A stretch of DNA of 20,000 nucleotides from an uncultured virus (IMG/VR IMGVR_UViG_3300025325_000016). Its lineage: Duplodnaviria; Heunggongvirae; Uroviricota; Caudoviricetes. The stretch lies in IMG/VR virus record IMGVR_UViG_3300025325_000016; one strand, 5' to 3'. Of this stretch, positions 1 through 10,159 are shown one piece after another. Under the pieces are notes generated by a model. It was not told the DNA's origin and did not search any database. It worked only from the letters and a program-made list of their open reading frames with translations. A program made the position numbers and the translations under genes. The first letter of the stretch is position 1. Each line of letters starts with the position of its first letter.

Positions 1-1
1 G

Positions 2-3000
2 GCCCAACAAGACGAATATCTGAGAATGCAGCAGGCTAACGAACCGCCTGACCAGATGGGTAAGGGTTTAGGCGGAATGATGCGCCGGATGTTCGGCGGC
101 TTCGGCATGATGTACATGCGCTCGATTACTAACTTTGCCACCCAGGGCCTGGACATCGGGATGCAGGAGCGCTTGGGACAGGAGGGCGCTTTCTTCCCTG
201 CAGCCGGTCAACTGGCCGGGGTTGGCATTATGCCACGCAACCAGACCATCGTCGAGGCGAACCGCCGTGCGCTAATGGGCGGGAACGTGGGTATCTCCGC
301 CCTGACCAACTACCTGCAGACAACTCCGGGAATATCCGATGTTTACACCGCTGCCACTGGCGGAATGGGTGCATTTGCTTTTGCTTCCTGGGCCGGTGGG
401 ATGATGCCCGGAGGCGCTCAATCGGCGCTCTCGAAAGCTGCTCCAGGAATCGGTATGGCGATCGGGGCAGCCTCCCTTCTAGGCCGTGCCGTTCAGCAAT
501 CACAGGATGTAGAAGGATTGGGCTTCCGGCTGGCTCAGAGAACCGGTGCATGGAACGAGAAGCTCGACCTTACTTCCGGGTGGGCTGCGCTGATGGCAGG
601 GACTGAAAAGGTACAGGCCGTCCAGCAGCAGTACGCAAATATCCAGGGAGCTATCCAAGGTGGTCTCAGACCGTCTGAGGCTTTCATGGCAGCAGGCGGC
701 ATTCAGGGCTTTGGCGCAGCAGGGCCGGGAACACGTCTTCCTCAGCAGGGCGCAGCACTTGCCACGTCTTATATGCAGACGATGAAGCAGATCCAGGCAG
801 ATAATCCGAACCTGACCCCTGAAGCAATCGCCCAGGCATTCCAGTTCGTCCAGATGAACGACATGCCACTTAACAAGGTGGCAGAGGTAGCCGGAAGAAT
901 ACAGTCGACCGGCTGGTCTCCTTCCGGGATAGCTACTACCCTCAGTGCAGTCGGGGTAGGTCTAGGCAGGCAGTACGGCGGAGCTCAGGAGATGCTCTAT
1001 GAGCAGGCTCCAACGGCGCTCCAGGCTCTCTATACCCAGGCTGGCGCACAGGCGCTCTCGACTTTGGGCCCAGGCGTTGGGAGCGTTCTCGGGCAAGCGG
1101 TGGGCGTCGAGGGAGCAGCAGCTTATCTTGGACAGCTAGGTCAGATGGAACCGATGAGGCAGCAAGCTGCCCTATTTGATATCTCTCAGTTTGCTCGCCA
1201 GGCCGGTCTTGGGGTGAACGTCAAACCGCCCGAGATCCAGCTCAACCAGCCAGAGCTCACGGCAGAGGAGCAGTATTTCGAAAGATTGAGGCAGGCAAGA
1301 GTAGCTGGCTCGGCGAATGCTGCCGAGCAGGTAGGGGATATCCTAAACCGATTCTTCGCGATGCCTCAAGAGCAAGTCCAGGAGCGGCAGCGCGCTTTAG
1401 AGGGCAGGCAGGAAGGTGATATCCAGCAGGAGTTCCAGCGCCTGCAGTCGGCTATCGGTATCAACCAGGTCTATGCCCGCATGGGACAGCCCTGGGGTGC
1501 AAATATCACTCGCCTTGAAGCTCTAAATCCTCAACAACTGGCTATTGAGGGACAGAGGGCCACGACCCAGGAGCAGCTATATACCCAATTCCAGACCTAC
1601 ATGACACCACTGCAGGCCGGGGTTGCCATCACGCCGTTCTCCACTCTTACGGATAACCGTGAGGCTCAGCGCAGAATGGAGCAGGCGCTTACCGGTGAGA
1701 AGATAGCCGACCTTGGTAAAGAGAGATGGGGGCTTACTTTCCAGAAGAGAGACCTGCAAGCTCAGCAGTTTACGGATATGTCTGCTCGTGGTCAGCTTGG
1801 ATACTTCCAGCAGCAGGTATATTCCGGCATTGCTCAGATGGAACCTTATGCCCTGACCCAGGGTGTCGCTTACGGCATGCAGATGCCAGGTGGCGGAGAG
1901 ATCCCCTCCTGGATGTCCACCAGGGACATTTGGGGGCCGCAGGGCGGGCCGATGCAGGGCATGCCCATAAACCTGCCGCAGTTCACAATCTCGGGCGCCT
2001 CCAACCCGAACTTCCAGTACCTTCAGAATATGCTGCCGCAGGGCACCTTCGCCGGAGGGGCGGGACAGGCTTTTGCTCAGGGCTTCTCGCTCAACGGTCT
2101 CCCGGCAATGGCCGGTACGATGGGCATGGGCCTGTATATGCAGAACCTGCAGAATAAGGCGGCGATAGCCAGCGCCGGGATTGCCAGCCAGGGCAATCAA
2201 CTGCAGATGGAGTACCTGCCGAAGATTTGGGGTCTGCAAGACCAGATCCGTGATATAGGGATTGAGCAGACCCGATGGGGCTTTGGTCGCCAGCTTGAGG
2301 GTCTGCAGATGCAGCAAGGCCAGTTCTTCCAAAACATGGGCCTGCAGCAGCAGCAGATGCAGATGCAGCGAGCGTGGACACGCGAGGATTGGGGAGTTCA
2401 GGATCGCACCCGCAACATGCAGTGGGGCTGGAGAGTAGAGGACTTCCAGGAGCAGGCCAGGTTTATGACCGGGCGTGACCGCCGCCTTGCCGAACGGCAG
2501 ATGGAACGTGAAACCATCATGCACGACATCGAAGGCGGTCAGATTGACAAGCAGCGCAAGCGACAGGAGGAGATGTGGGCGCTTGAGGACGAACGCTTCA
2601 AGATGCAGAAGAAACAATTCATGGAAAATCAGAAGTTTCAAGAGGAGGGCATCAAGAAACAGCGGGAGTTCTTCGAGGCACGCACCAAGCTGGAGATAGA
2701 GCTGACCGACCTGCAGCGTGAGCTTCAAATGAAACAACTGGAGCTTCAAAAGCAGTCGGTTGCAATCCAGGCTCAGATGGCCGCAGAGTCTAAGAAGGTC
2801 AACGATATCCAGGCTGCTATCTCGATCCTGATGCTGGCTCAGCAGACCGGTTGGGAGGCAATCCAGAAGAACGGGGCCGAGTTCGCCGAAGCATTCGGTC
2901 AGAATATCTTAGACTGGATCGATAAACTCGGTGGAGCTGGCGGCACTGGTGGCGGCGGAGGAGGCGGTGGCGGCGGTGGTGGAGGCGGAGATCCCAACAA

Positions 3001-3331
3001 GCCGCATATCTTTATCGATGATGGCACCGGCAGATGCACCCGCTGTGGAAGAAGTGCAAGCGCCAAGATCCACACTGGCTTTGCCGAGGGCGGCAACTAC
3101 TGGCCCGGGATGGGCGACGTCAAGATCAACGAGCGTGTCCCGGAGTTCTTCAAGTCCAGAGAGAGCGGGGAGATCATCCCGCTCGGCAAGCTCGACCCCT
3201 GGCAGCAAGCCGTACTGCCTGCTCTAGACAAGGGCGAACAGAAGATGATTACCCTGGTGGTGAACGTTGGCGACGAGCGACTGATTAAGCGGATTATCAG
3301 GTTTGTGGATAAGGATATAGATGTCCTATGA
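2..3331 (+). CDS. Tail tape measure protein, C-terminal part (5'-truncated by the window)
   Basis: The frame is open from base 2 (GCC CAA CAA GAC GAA TAT CTG AGA ATG), so the ATG at 26 is probably internal. The >1100-aa protein is A/G/Q/M-rich, with a coiled-coil stretch and the C-terminal FAEGG...INERVPEFF...GEIIP motif typical of tape measure proteins. It is followed by Dit- and Tal-like genes with ATGA overlaps. Confidence 0.85.
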   Translation, partial: AQQDEYLRMQQANEPPDQMGKGLGGMMRRMFGGFGMMYMRSITNFATQGLDIGMQERLGQEGAFFPAAGQLAGVGIMPRNQTIVEANRRALMGGNVGISALTNYLQTTPGISDVYTAATGGMGAFAFASWAGGMMPGGAQSALSKAAPGIGMAIGAASLLGRAVQQSQDVEGLGFRLAQRTGAWNEKLDLTSGWAALMAGTEKVQAVQQQYANIQGAIQGGLRPSEAFMAAGGIQGFGAAGPGTRLPQQGAALATSYMQTMKQIQADNPNLTPEAIAQAFQFVQMNDMPLNKVAEVAGRIQSTGWSPSGIATTLSAVGVGLGRQYGGAQEMLYEQAPTALQALYTQAGAQALSTLGPGVGSVLGQAVGVEGAAAYLGQLGQMEPMRQQAALFDISQFARQAGLGVNVKPPEIQLNQPELTAEEQYFERLRQARVAGSANAAEQVGDILNRFFAMPQEQVQERQRALEGRQEGDIQQEFQRLQSAIGINQVYARMGQPWGANITRLEALNPQQLAIEGQRATTQEQLYTQFQTYMTPLQAGVAITPFSTLTDNREAQRRMEQALTGEKIADLGKERWGLTFQKRDLQAQQFTDMSARGQLGYFQQQVYSGIAQMEPYALTQGVAYGMQMPGGGEIPSWMSTRDIWGPQGGPMQGMPINLPQFTISGASNPNFQYLQNMLPQGTFAGGAGQAFAQGFSLNGLPAMAGTMGMGLYMQNLQNKAAIASAGIASQGNQLQMEYLPKIWGLQDQIRDIGIEQTRWGFGRQLEGLQMQQGQFFQNMGLQQQQMQMQRAWTREDWGVQDRTRNMQWGWRVEDFQEQARFMTGRDRRLAERQMERETIMHDIEGGQIDKQRKRQEEMWALEDERFKMQKKQFMENQKFQEEGIKKQREFFEARTKLEIELTDLQRELQMKQLELQKQSVAIQAQMAAESKKVNDIQAAISILMLAQQTGWEAIQKNGAEFAEAFGQNILDWIDKLGGAGGTGGGGGGGGGGGGGGDPNKPHIFIDDGTGRCTRCGRSASAKIHTGFAEGGNYWPGMGDVKINERVPEFFKSRESGEIIPLGKLDPWQQAVLPALDKGEQKMITLVVNVGDERLIKRIIRFVDKDIDVL
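664..680. repeat. Dispersed palindrome copy 1: TCTCAGAC-C-GTCTGAGG
   Basis: Read directly. The minus strand gives GCCTCAGACGGTCTGAG, 17 nt identical to copy 4. Lies inside the TMP gene (encodes LRPSE). Confidence 0.85.
2931..2989 (+). repeat. GGN low-complexity tract encoding a poly-Gly linker in the TMP
   Basis: GGAGGTGGGGGGGGGGGGG in the translation, encoded by mixed GGC/GGT/GGA codons. Confidence 0.85.
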
Positions 3332-3762
3332 CCACCAATAAGTATATTACCCTGCAAGACTCGACGGGTTCGGGTGCCCGGTTCGGCGTGGTACAGGGAT
3401 ACTTCAAACGAACCAAGAAGCGCAACCAGGATGTCCGGGACACTTTAGGCGGAGGCGTGGACGTTTCCCAGGGCGGAATCGTCGAGATCCACCAGTACGT
3501 GATCCGCTGCCGGGACGATGAACCTCGTGAGAATTACGGCGACTATGCCGAATTGGAACGGCTGTGGATGCTGAATAATCCCAACGGCACACCCTCGGAC
3601 AAGATCACCTTTATCGACCACTACGGGGAGAGTCATACGGTTATCTTTCTGGACACCTTCGATCCGAATGCCTTGACGACTATTATCGAGGGCGAGGGAG
3701 CCTGGTTCTTCGTCCCGGTCGTGTTTAGATTTCTACCAGTGGAAGAGCCTGGGCCATCATGA
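3328..3762 (+). CDS. Distal tail (Dit)-like minor tail protein, 144 aa
   Basis: Lies between the TMP and the Tal-like gene with ATGA overlaps at both ends. Size and beta-rich pattern (ITFIDHYGESHTVIF) fit a minimal Dit. Confidence 0.6.
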   Translation: MTTNKYITLQDSTGSGARFGVVQGYFKRTKKRNQDVRDTLGGGVDVSQGGIVEIHQYVIRCRDDEPRENYGDYAELERLWMLNNPNGTPSDKITFIDHYGESHTVIFLDTFDPNALTTIIEGEGAWFFVPVVFRFLPVEEPGPS

Positions 3763-6700
3763 GAGCTGTGCTGCCCTCTGTCCAGGACGCTATCCTGGAC
3801 AATGATACTTACCGGATGCTGGTCGGGGCTACAGTCTGGCCCTCCCGGATCTTCTTTGACGTTGTTACATCAGACTTCCCGATCGCTGGCGCCGATGCCG
3901 TAGGCATAGACGACGATCCTATGCCTCAGTCCCTGTATTACAGCGCCGCAAACGATCTGGTGGTCACGTTCGTCAATGATGGGGGCACCCTCAAGAGGGC
4001 AACCCAGGGCAACAGTAGTCTGACCTCCACCGGAATTTCTATCACTGGAAACCCCAGTATATATGAAGGAACCCTCTTCTATATTTCCGGGGGAGCGGTC
4101 TACAAACGGACGATAACGGACGGCAGCTATGCCTTGAGCGGTGCTACACTCGTCATCACTCCTTCGCTCGATCCTCTGGCAGTGCATGCGGTATCTGCCA
4201 CAGAGTGTGTGGTGGTGTGCGATGGAGATGGCGGCTTGAAGATCGTAGCCTCAGACTCGTCTGAGGGAGAGGGGCGCTTTATGTTCCCTCGCCTGTTTGA
4301 TTATACAGACGACGACCATCCCCTGCGCACCCTGACAAGCATCGCCCTATTCTCGGGTGCGTTCAAGCTCAACAACGACATCTTTTTCTATATCTCCAAC
4401 AATGCCACCGGAGCAATCGAGGCGATCAAGCTGGATAACTATACGGGCATTTGGGGAGATATCTGGACTTCGCTGCCCTCAGACATCGATGCAGGACTGG
4501 CGGACTTGAGAATAGTGCATGCCTATTCCCGTAATGGCACAGGCTATCTGGTAACGCAATTCCAGAGGACGGAGACTCTGCAGACCGCATTGACCTACAG
4601 CCTGATCCTTACGACTGCAGATGGCAAGTTCTTCTCGGTCGACCCATTTACTGCAGTCAGCAACCTGGGCTATCGTTTTCACGCAGTGGTCGGTGGGACT
4701 AAGCTGTTCCTCGGCAACTGCAACCGGATCTGCTACAGCGACGTCACGTATTACTTTGACGGGGCTGAGGGCCTGGGCCTAAGCTTGGAGATCCCCCATA
4801 CCGACATCATCGAATTTAATGACAGCTCTATGACCAGTGGAACCATGCAGATAGCTGCCGGTGATGACTATTATGCTACTCACCCCTACGTCATCGAGGG
4901 AAGTCTTATCACCGTCGACGTGGGCTATGAGACTACGGACGGCCAGGAATACGTAACCTACAACCGGTATATCATCGACAGGATCAGCGTCAACCGCAGG
5001 GATGGAAGCCGCTCTTTACAGATGTCCATAGTCCACGAAGGGATGTGGAAACTAAACCAGCTCTCCAGCCCGTTCTACATCGAGATATTCGGCAGGTCTG
5101 CAGTCGGCGATCAGCTCGAAGAAGAGAGCGGAAACGTATATACGGCTCCAGATACCCACCAGCTTATCAATAGAATGGCAGTCGATTTTTGGGGGTGCGA
5201 GCCTTATTCTAAAGCCTCCGAGAGTATTGTGGGTGTCGACATTATCAGCTCCGGTGGAGTGAACTACTACGAGGCAGCCGGAGCCCACAAGCTCGGCTTC
5301 AGATCGAAGGAACTAAAGGACTTCTACAATCTCACGGATAACCCGACCATCATCTCCGGGAGCATAGAGGTAAACATATTCGGGTGGAGCAGAGGATCTC
5401 CAGCCGACACTGTTACCCTCATAATTATCACCGAGGACGACGACAAGAAAGAATATCTGGACTTGACGAGCGCCGGTTTGTTTCCGGGGGGCGGAGAGAA
5501 TCCGATAGAAGTAACGGCGACCGGCCTGGACACGGAACACAGGCTGAAATATATAGGGCTGGTTTTTGAGTCCTCCGGAGATACTGCTTTTTGTCCCGCC
5601 AGAGTGGAGATCATGAGCGGTATCCATGCCTGGAGATATTACGACGATCCCAATACGCCCTGGTCTCAGCAAAAGCCTAGAGGTATCAAGATGCCTGGAT
5701 ATTACAGGCCATACCTCATGTTCGGGCAGAAGCCCTATAATGCTCAGAACTTTATTGCCACCGGAAGTTTCAAGACCTCTCTTACTTTTCCAGTAGTAGA
5801 CAACCCTAGCTACTATCGGGTTGGTGGTGGCCTGGTCGGGCTGGCGGATAACGGGATGAACTTCGTCCTTGGCTGCTATAACGAACGGATGACCAGGTTC
5901 GAGATCGTCAAGGTGAGGGATGGAGTAGATACTCTGCTCGCTAGTTGGACTCCAGGTTTTTCAGTTGACGAAGAGTACGAAGTCATGTTCATGCACAAGG
6001 ATGGCAGGTTCTCTGTATGGGGGATGAATGTGGATACCTGGGAAGAGGTCGCTTCTTACGAGTGGACGGATGACGATAGCTGGATGTTCACTTCTAAGAC
6101 CTCCAGCAAGAAGTGCGGCATTTATGGACAGGCAGACACCCCGGCTTTCTATATCATTGCCTATGACTCCGGCGAGAACGATGACGGAAAGATATCCGAT
6201 GGAGTTGGAGCACTTCCTCCCTGGTATCAGTTTGACGATTTTCCTGCTAGCGGAGAGGTAATCATCAACGGCTCGATTTATACATACACAGACCTCGCAT
6301 CTGTGACAGTCCGAGGCCCTTATCAGTACCGCCAGAATAACCCGGATTATAGCGAGGGAGCCGGACTAGAGAACAGAGACTACGATGACACCAAGATCGG
6401 TGGAGATCTGGCCGGAAGCTTGATCGCCATCGATGACGGGGCCTGTTACCTGGTATCCGATACCAATTGGAATCCATACGGGGATGAGAACCGGACACGC
6501 TGGATATCTCTCAACGAGATGATCGGCAATATCTATCATACCTGTGCTCAAAAGACCTACACTACCGGAGGACTTCATGGGATGGAACAGATCAGCGGGG
6601 AGAGGACATCCCATCCTACCGGAAGTATCTGTATGCAGAGACTCCGAGGAGAGCTCATGTGTCTCTCTTACTTTGGAGTTTCCGGGAGCAGCGATCTCAC

Positions 6701-7736
6701 TGTTGCGAACCTGATCCACCAGGTGGCTTCTCTTGCCGGAGCACGAGTGGTCTTCTCGGGAGATACCGTTTCGGCTGCGATGGGCATCAGCGGAGAGACA
6801 CTGATCGGCTCCTTTAAGAATGTCGAAAGCTTCGACATCGAGTTTGAGGCGGGAGCAGCCTCCTCGATCGTCCTAAGAACGAACGTGAACCGCCCTGGAA
6901 CCGACACGAAGGTGGAGGTTCAAATCGACGACCTGGGAGGCGGGGATTTTGAGATCGCCCTAGTCTCCACCCCCTCAGATACGATCTTGGGAAAGATAGC
7001 CGTAACCGTCGCCGACACCGATCATCGCTACCGGATTGTGTTCCACGAGAACTTTGTCTCCATCCATATCGACGATCGTTGGATTTACACCTTCTATACG
7101 GAAAGCCTGAGATATCCGAGCACCTGTAGCATCTGGCTGGATGGCTCCTTTACGGCAACCAACCTGAAACTGGTGGAGCTATGCGACTGGAGAGAGGCCA
7201 TATATATCGACCTCGAAACCAACGGCATGAGCGTAGTCCAGGACATCATCCAGGAAAGGCCGGTCGAGATCTACCCTCGCTCGGATGGCTCGATATCTTT
7301 CTGGTATGAGATAGTCAGGGATATTGTCACTCCCACAAGAGAACCTGGGCAGCACAGCGAGAGTCGGGGTAGGCCCTCGGGCGCTTCGTCGGATGCGATT
7401 ATCTACGGCTCGAAAGACGCCAAGACCCACCAGTACAGCCCGTTCCTGAAGGAGCATGGGTTCAGCACCAAAGTCTATAGGATGCCTAACCTGGATAGCG
7501 GTGCAGGCCGAGCGGCCAAGATCCTGCTCGAACGGCTATTCGAGGAGAGATCCACACACGATTTGACTATTCGCCCGGACGTGAGGCTGGAACCGGGAGA
7601 TAAGTTCGAGGTCGATTATGTGGCTACCGGCACCCAGCTTGTCCAGCAAATGACCCTGATCGTTACCGACGTGAGGTTGCATATCGACGATCGCAGCTCA
7701 TCGATGGGCATTACCGGCAGGGAGGACTACACATGA
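3759..7736 (+). CDS. Large Tal/baseplate-hub-like tail tip protein with inserted beta-sandwich domains, 1325 aa
   Basis: Follows the TMP and Dit-like genes. Hub-like motifs include GSLITVDVGY...YNRYIIDRISV and C-terminal RPDVRLEPGDKFEVDY...LIVTDVRLHI. Acidic and beta-rich. Confidence 0.7.
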   Translation: MRAVLPSVQDAILDNDTYRMLVGATVWPSRIFFDVVTSDFPIAGADAVGIDDDPMPQSLYYSAANDLVVTFVNDGGTLKRATQGNSSLTSTGISITGNPSIYEGTLFYISGGAVYKRTITDGSYALSGATLVITPSLDPLAVHAVSATECVVVCDGDGGLKIVASDSSEGEGRFMFPRLFDYTDDDHPLRTLTSIALFSGAFKLNNDIFFYISNNATGAIEAIKLDNYTGIWGDIWTSLPSDIDAGLADLRIVHAYSRNGTGYLVTQFQRTETLQTALTYSLILTTADGKFFSVDPFTAVSNLGYRFHAVVGGTKLFLGNCNRICYSDVTYYFDGAEGLGLSLEIPHTDIIEFNDSSMTSGTMQIAAGDDYYATHPYVIEGSLITVDVGYETTDGQEYVTYNRYIIDRISVNRRDGSRSLQMSIVHEGMWKLNQLSSPFYIEIFGRSAVGDQLEEESGNVYTAPDTHQLINRMAVDFWGCEPYSKASESIVGVDIISSGGVNYYEAAGAHKLGFRSKELKDFYNLTDNPTIISGSIEVNIFGWSRGSPADTVTLIIITEDDDKKEYLDLTSAGLFPGGGENPIEVTATGLDTEHRLKYIGLVFESSGDTAFCPARVEIMSGIHAWRYYDDPNTPWSQQKPRGIKMPGYYRPYLMFGQKPYNAQNFIATGSFKTSLTFPVVDNPSYYRVGGGLVGLADNGMNFVLGCYNERMTRFEIVKVRDGVDTLLASWTPGFSVDEEYEVMFMHKDGRFSVWGMNVDTWEEVASYEWTDDDSWMFTSKTSSKKCGIYGQADTPAFYIIAYDSGENDDGKISDGVGALPPWYQFDDFPASGEVIINGSIYTYTDLASVTVRGPYQYRQNNPDYSEGAGLENRDYDDTKIGGDLAGSLIAIDDGACYLVSDTNWNPYGDENRTRWISLNEMIGNIYHTCAQKTYTTGGLHGMEQISGERTSHPTGSICMQRLRGELMCLSYFGVSGSSDLTVANLIHQVASLAGARVVFSGDTVSAAMGISGETLIGSFKNVESFDIEFEAGAASSIVLRTNVNRPGTDTKVEVQIDDLGGGDFEIALVSTPSDTILGKIAVTVADTDHRYRIVFHENFVSIHIDDRWIYTFYTESLRYPSTCSIWLDGSFTATNLKLVELCDWREAIYIDLETNGMSVVQDIIQERPVEIYPRSDGSISFWYEIVRDIVTPTREPGQHSESRGRPSGASSDAIIYGSKDAKTHQYSPFLKEHGFSTKVYRMPNLDSGAGRAAKILLERLFEERSTHDLTIRPDVRLEPGDKFEVDYVATGTQLVQQMTLIVTDVRLHIDDRSSSMGITGREDYT
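4249..4266. repeat. Dispersed palindrome copy 2: CCTCAGAC-TC-GTCTGAGG
   Basis: Read directly. Inside the Tal-like gene (encodes ASDSSEG). Confidence 0.9.
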
Positions 7737-8362
7737 GCCTGCGTAATACCGTAAGAAGGTCGGCACGCCAGGGCCGTCAGATGCGGGCCATCATCACGGA
7801 CGTGCACGGCAGCAGGGCAGATGCCAGGCTATCCGAGAACGGGGCGATCGTCCATAATCTCCCGGTTATTGGTGGGCCGGTGAGGATGAACCAGCCGGTA
7901 TTCGTGGACTACACCACCGACGGCCCAACGATTGTCGCCTTTACCAATCTGGATAGTGTTCCACTTGAGCAAATTGGCGAACTAGCTCCTCTAACACTCA
8001 AGGGTGGCGGAGGTAGTGTAGGAGTATCATCTCATCAGTATATCCTTGAGATACCAGGTAATTTCACAATTGGCACGCAACTACTTCGAGCCTACAATCG
8101 CTTTGGGGTTTCTTACACCACTCTGGAAGCACATCTATCCGTGAGCCTTGCTATTACTGGTTCAGATCTAATCGTCGATGTAAACAAGAACGGGATAACC
8201 ATCTTCACAAACCAGGCAAACCGTCCTCGGATTCTCGTAGGGCAATATACAGGACTTTCCACAGCTATTAGCGTAACATCCTTTGATCACGGCGACTACT
8301 TTACGATTGCGGTAGAACAGGGTAGTGGAACCAACCTCGCCGTAGCTGTCTTGGTGGGCTGA
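7733..8362 (+). CDS. Tail spike/tip-associated protein (N-terminal OB-fold-like segment, C-terminal beta-sandwich), 209 aa
   Basis: ATGA overlap and GGAGG SD. The N-terminus (AIITDVHGSRADARL...PVFVDY...PTIV) resembles spike OB folds. The C-terminal LIVDVNKNGITIFTNQANRPRI...GDYFTIAVEQ pattern recurs in phage structural proteins. Confidence 0.55.
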   Translation: MSLRNTVRRSARQGRQMRAIITDVHGSRADARLSENGAIVHNLPVIGGPVRMNQPVFVDYTTDGPTIVAFTNLDSVPLEQIGELAPLTLKGGGGSVGVSSHQYILEIPGNFTIGTQLLRAYNRFGVSYTTLEAHLSVSLAITGSDLIVDVNKNGITIFTNQANRPRILVGQYTGLSTAISVTSFDHGDYFTIAVEQGSGTNLAVAVLVG

Positions 8363-8366
8363 TACG

Positions 8367-10043
8367 ATGCCAGATCCTTACTCGAATCCACGATATTCCC
8401 AGGCTTTCTCCAGCACATATAATGGCATGAATGTATATGGGTTGCAGGTGATCCCATTACCCCCAGATCCAGTTGCTTATTCAAAGGGGCCGCCAGCAGG
8501 AGCATACCCGCTCACTTTAACAACTGGGTTTATTACCAGTACATACAACGTAAGTAGTTCTGGTTCCTCCTATGTTAGCAATTGCGGGTTATTGAAAGAC
8601 GAAAACGACCATTTCTGGTACGTTCAGGTTTATAGAAGTTCTGGAGCTCCCGCTCCGTGGATCTATGTAGATGAGTGGGATGATATAAACTCGGTTCGTG
8701 TTTATCACGAAATTACTTTACCCGTCGAATTTTCTTCTGTATTTCACCTGGGTTTCTTTATGGAGCATATGTGCTGCTTTATGCGTAAAACCAGCTCGAC
8801 AACCTTTGACCTAGTTTTCTTCGGGAGGGATAATTCAGAAGTTGACCTAGACTCCAAAAACTATATCCAGCTATACCACTGGACAATTGGATCACCAACA
8901 ATGACCTTTGTGGGTGAGTATAGCTATTACTGGTCAGAGACCAAACCGGGATCTCTTGGTTCAACAATTAGAGGCTTGGCTCTCAATGGAAATAAGGTCA
9001 TTATAGCTATCGCTTTTTCAGGGGCGGGGGTATACAAGGTCAATGTTGTTGAGTTTGATTTAGACTCTGGAGCAGGATCTAGCTATGAGTTCTTCAACAG
9101 TAGTAGCACTTTATATCTTAGTAGTTATGACTGGAAATTTGTACCGGCTGGAAAAAAAGTCTATTTCGCTATGGTGTATACGCTTAGTGGCGTCACCAAA
9201 AAACACTGTACTGGCTGGCTTGGCGGCGAATTTGATATGTCCCTTAGCGCAGAAGTTTGGAAGAGGGGTATTGTCTACGAGAATGGAGCAGCCACTACTT
9301 ATGGTGACAGAATCCAGTTGATTACTGGAGCTGCCGCCCGAGCATACGGTGCGGATATTGCCATGAGCGGCTACGGTGTGGATGTTGATACCGGAGAAGC
9401 CTATACCAGAATCGAGTACGGATGGGATAGGAACGACGACGATGACTGTTCTCACTGCTTTATGGTACCTGCTGGCTGGCCTTGTAGTTATGAATTACGT
9501 GGAGCTGTCCGAGCTTATGTAAGCCTGTCTGATTTCACACAGTACGCAAGATGGGAGTACGAGGTTCTTTATGGAGAGGCGATCCCTTGGCCTACGGGTC
9601 GATATTCTGATCCGGGATATTGGACTACATCTGTTGAAATGAAGTACCCAGGTCGCTTTGGCCCGCTCTCGATGCAAGCAATAGCGGGATTACCCGAGAC
9701 AGAAAAATACTATTTACTGAATTGGGCAACGCTTGATGATTATGCACAGGGAAAGATTGGCCCACAGGGATATGGGGGTCTCCACGGGGTGGCAGGTGAA
9801 GGACAGAGAAACGATAACCTCCCTATCCAGATCGGCTATGAGCAATCTCCTTATTTTTGGAGCACCATATTTATAGACCACAATGGTGATGACTATTCAC
9901 TTATCAAAAATGTTGGTGGGACTAGCAACAATCCAATTACGGGTTTTGTTGGCATTTGGCCTGTCTATCATAAGGAAGGTAGATGGCTAATATATAAGCC
10001 ATTACAGGAGAGCCCCTTACTCCCTAGATGGCAGGTTGTATAA
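8367..10043 (+). CDS. Hypothetical beta-rich, aromatic-rich protein; possible receptor-binding tail protein, 558 aa
   Basis: Long ORF in the tail module, rich in Y/W/F/S/G, on visibly AT-richer DNA than the flanking core genes. No family recognised. Confidence 0.5.
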   Translation: MPDPYSNPRYSQAFSSTYNGMNVYGLQVIPLPPDPVAYSKGPPAGAYPLTLTTGFITSTYNVSSSGSSYVSNCGLLKDENDHFWYVQVYRSSGAPAPWIYVDEWDDINSVRVYHEITLPVEFSSVFHLGFFMEHMCCFMRKTSSTTFDLVFFGRDNSEVDLDSKNYIQLYHWTIGSPTMTFVGEYSYYWSETKPGSLGSTIRGLALNGNKVIIAIAFSGAGVYKVNVVEFDLDSGAGSSYEFFNSSSTLYLSSYDWKFVPAGKKVYFAMVYTLSGVTKKHCTGWLGGEFDMSLSAEVWKRGIVYENGAATTYGDRIQLITGAAARAYGADIAMSGYGVDVDTGEAYTRIEYGWDRNDDDDCSHCFMVPAGWPCSYELRGAVRAYVSLSDFTQYARWEYEVLYGEAIPWPTGRYSDPGYWTTSVEMKYPGRFGPLSMQAIAGLPETEKYYLLNWATLDDYAQGKIGPQGYGGLHGVAGEGQRNDNLPIQIGYEQSPYFWSTIFIDHNGDDYSLIKNVGGTSNNPITGFVGIWPVYHKEGRWLIYKPLQESPLLPRWQVV

Positions 10044-10064
10044 AGGAGAGATATCACTTATAAT
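10036..10064 (+). promoter_or_regulatory. Sigma70-type promoter TTGTAT-N17-TATAAT
   Basis: -35 TTGTAT at 10036-10041, perfect -10 TATAAT at 10059-10064, 17-bp spacer. It sits at the start of the largest intergenic gap between genes. Confidence 0.6.
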
Positions 10065-10139
10065 ACTCTAAGCACCTTACCACACCTGTACATGAAACCC
10101 ACTTTACAAAGTGGAGTGTAAACTCCAGAGACTTTATCA

Positions 10140-10159
10140 GCCTCAGACACGTCTGAGGC
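10140..10159. repeat. Dispersed palindrome copy 3: GCCTCAGAC-AC-GTCTGAGGC (intergenic)
   Basis: Perfect 9-bp inverted repeat ending 2 nt before the GGAGG SD (10162-10166) of the gene at 10173. Confidence 0.9.

Noticed and set aside
1577..2749. 390-aa minus-strand ORF and the other antisense or nested ORFs
   Set aside because: Shadows of Gln/Glu-rich or Pro/Thr-rich plus-strand genes. The plus strand is already fully tiled by coupled genes.
4477..4484. Fifth palindrome copy (CCTCAGAC)
   Set aside because: Half-site only; the downstream arm is absent, and an 8-mer can occur by chance.
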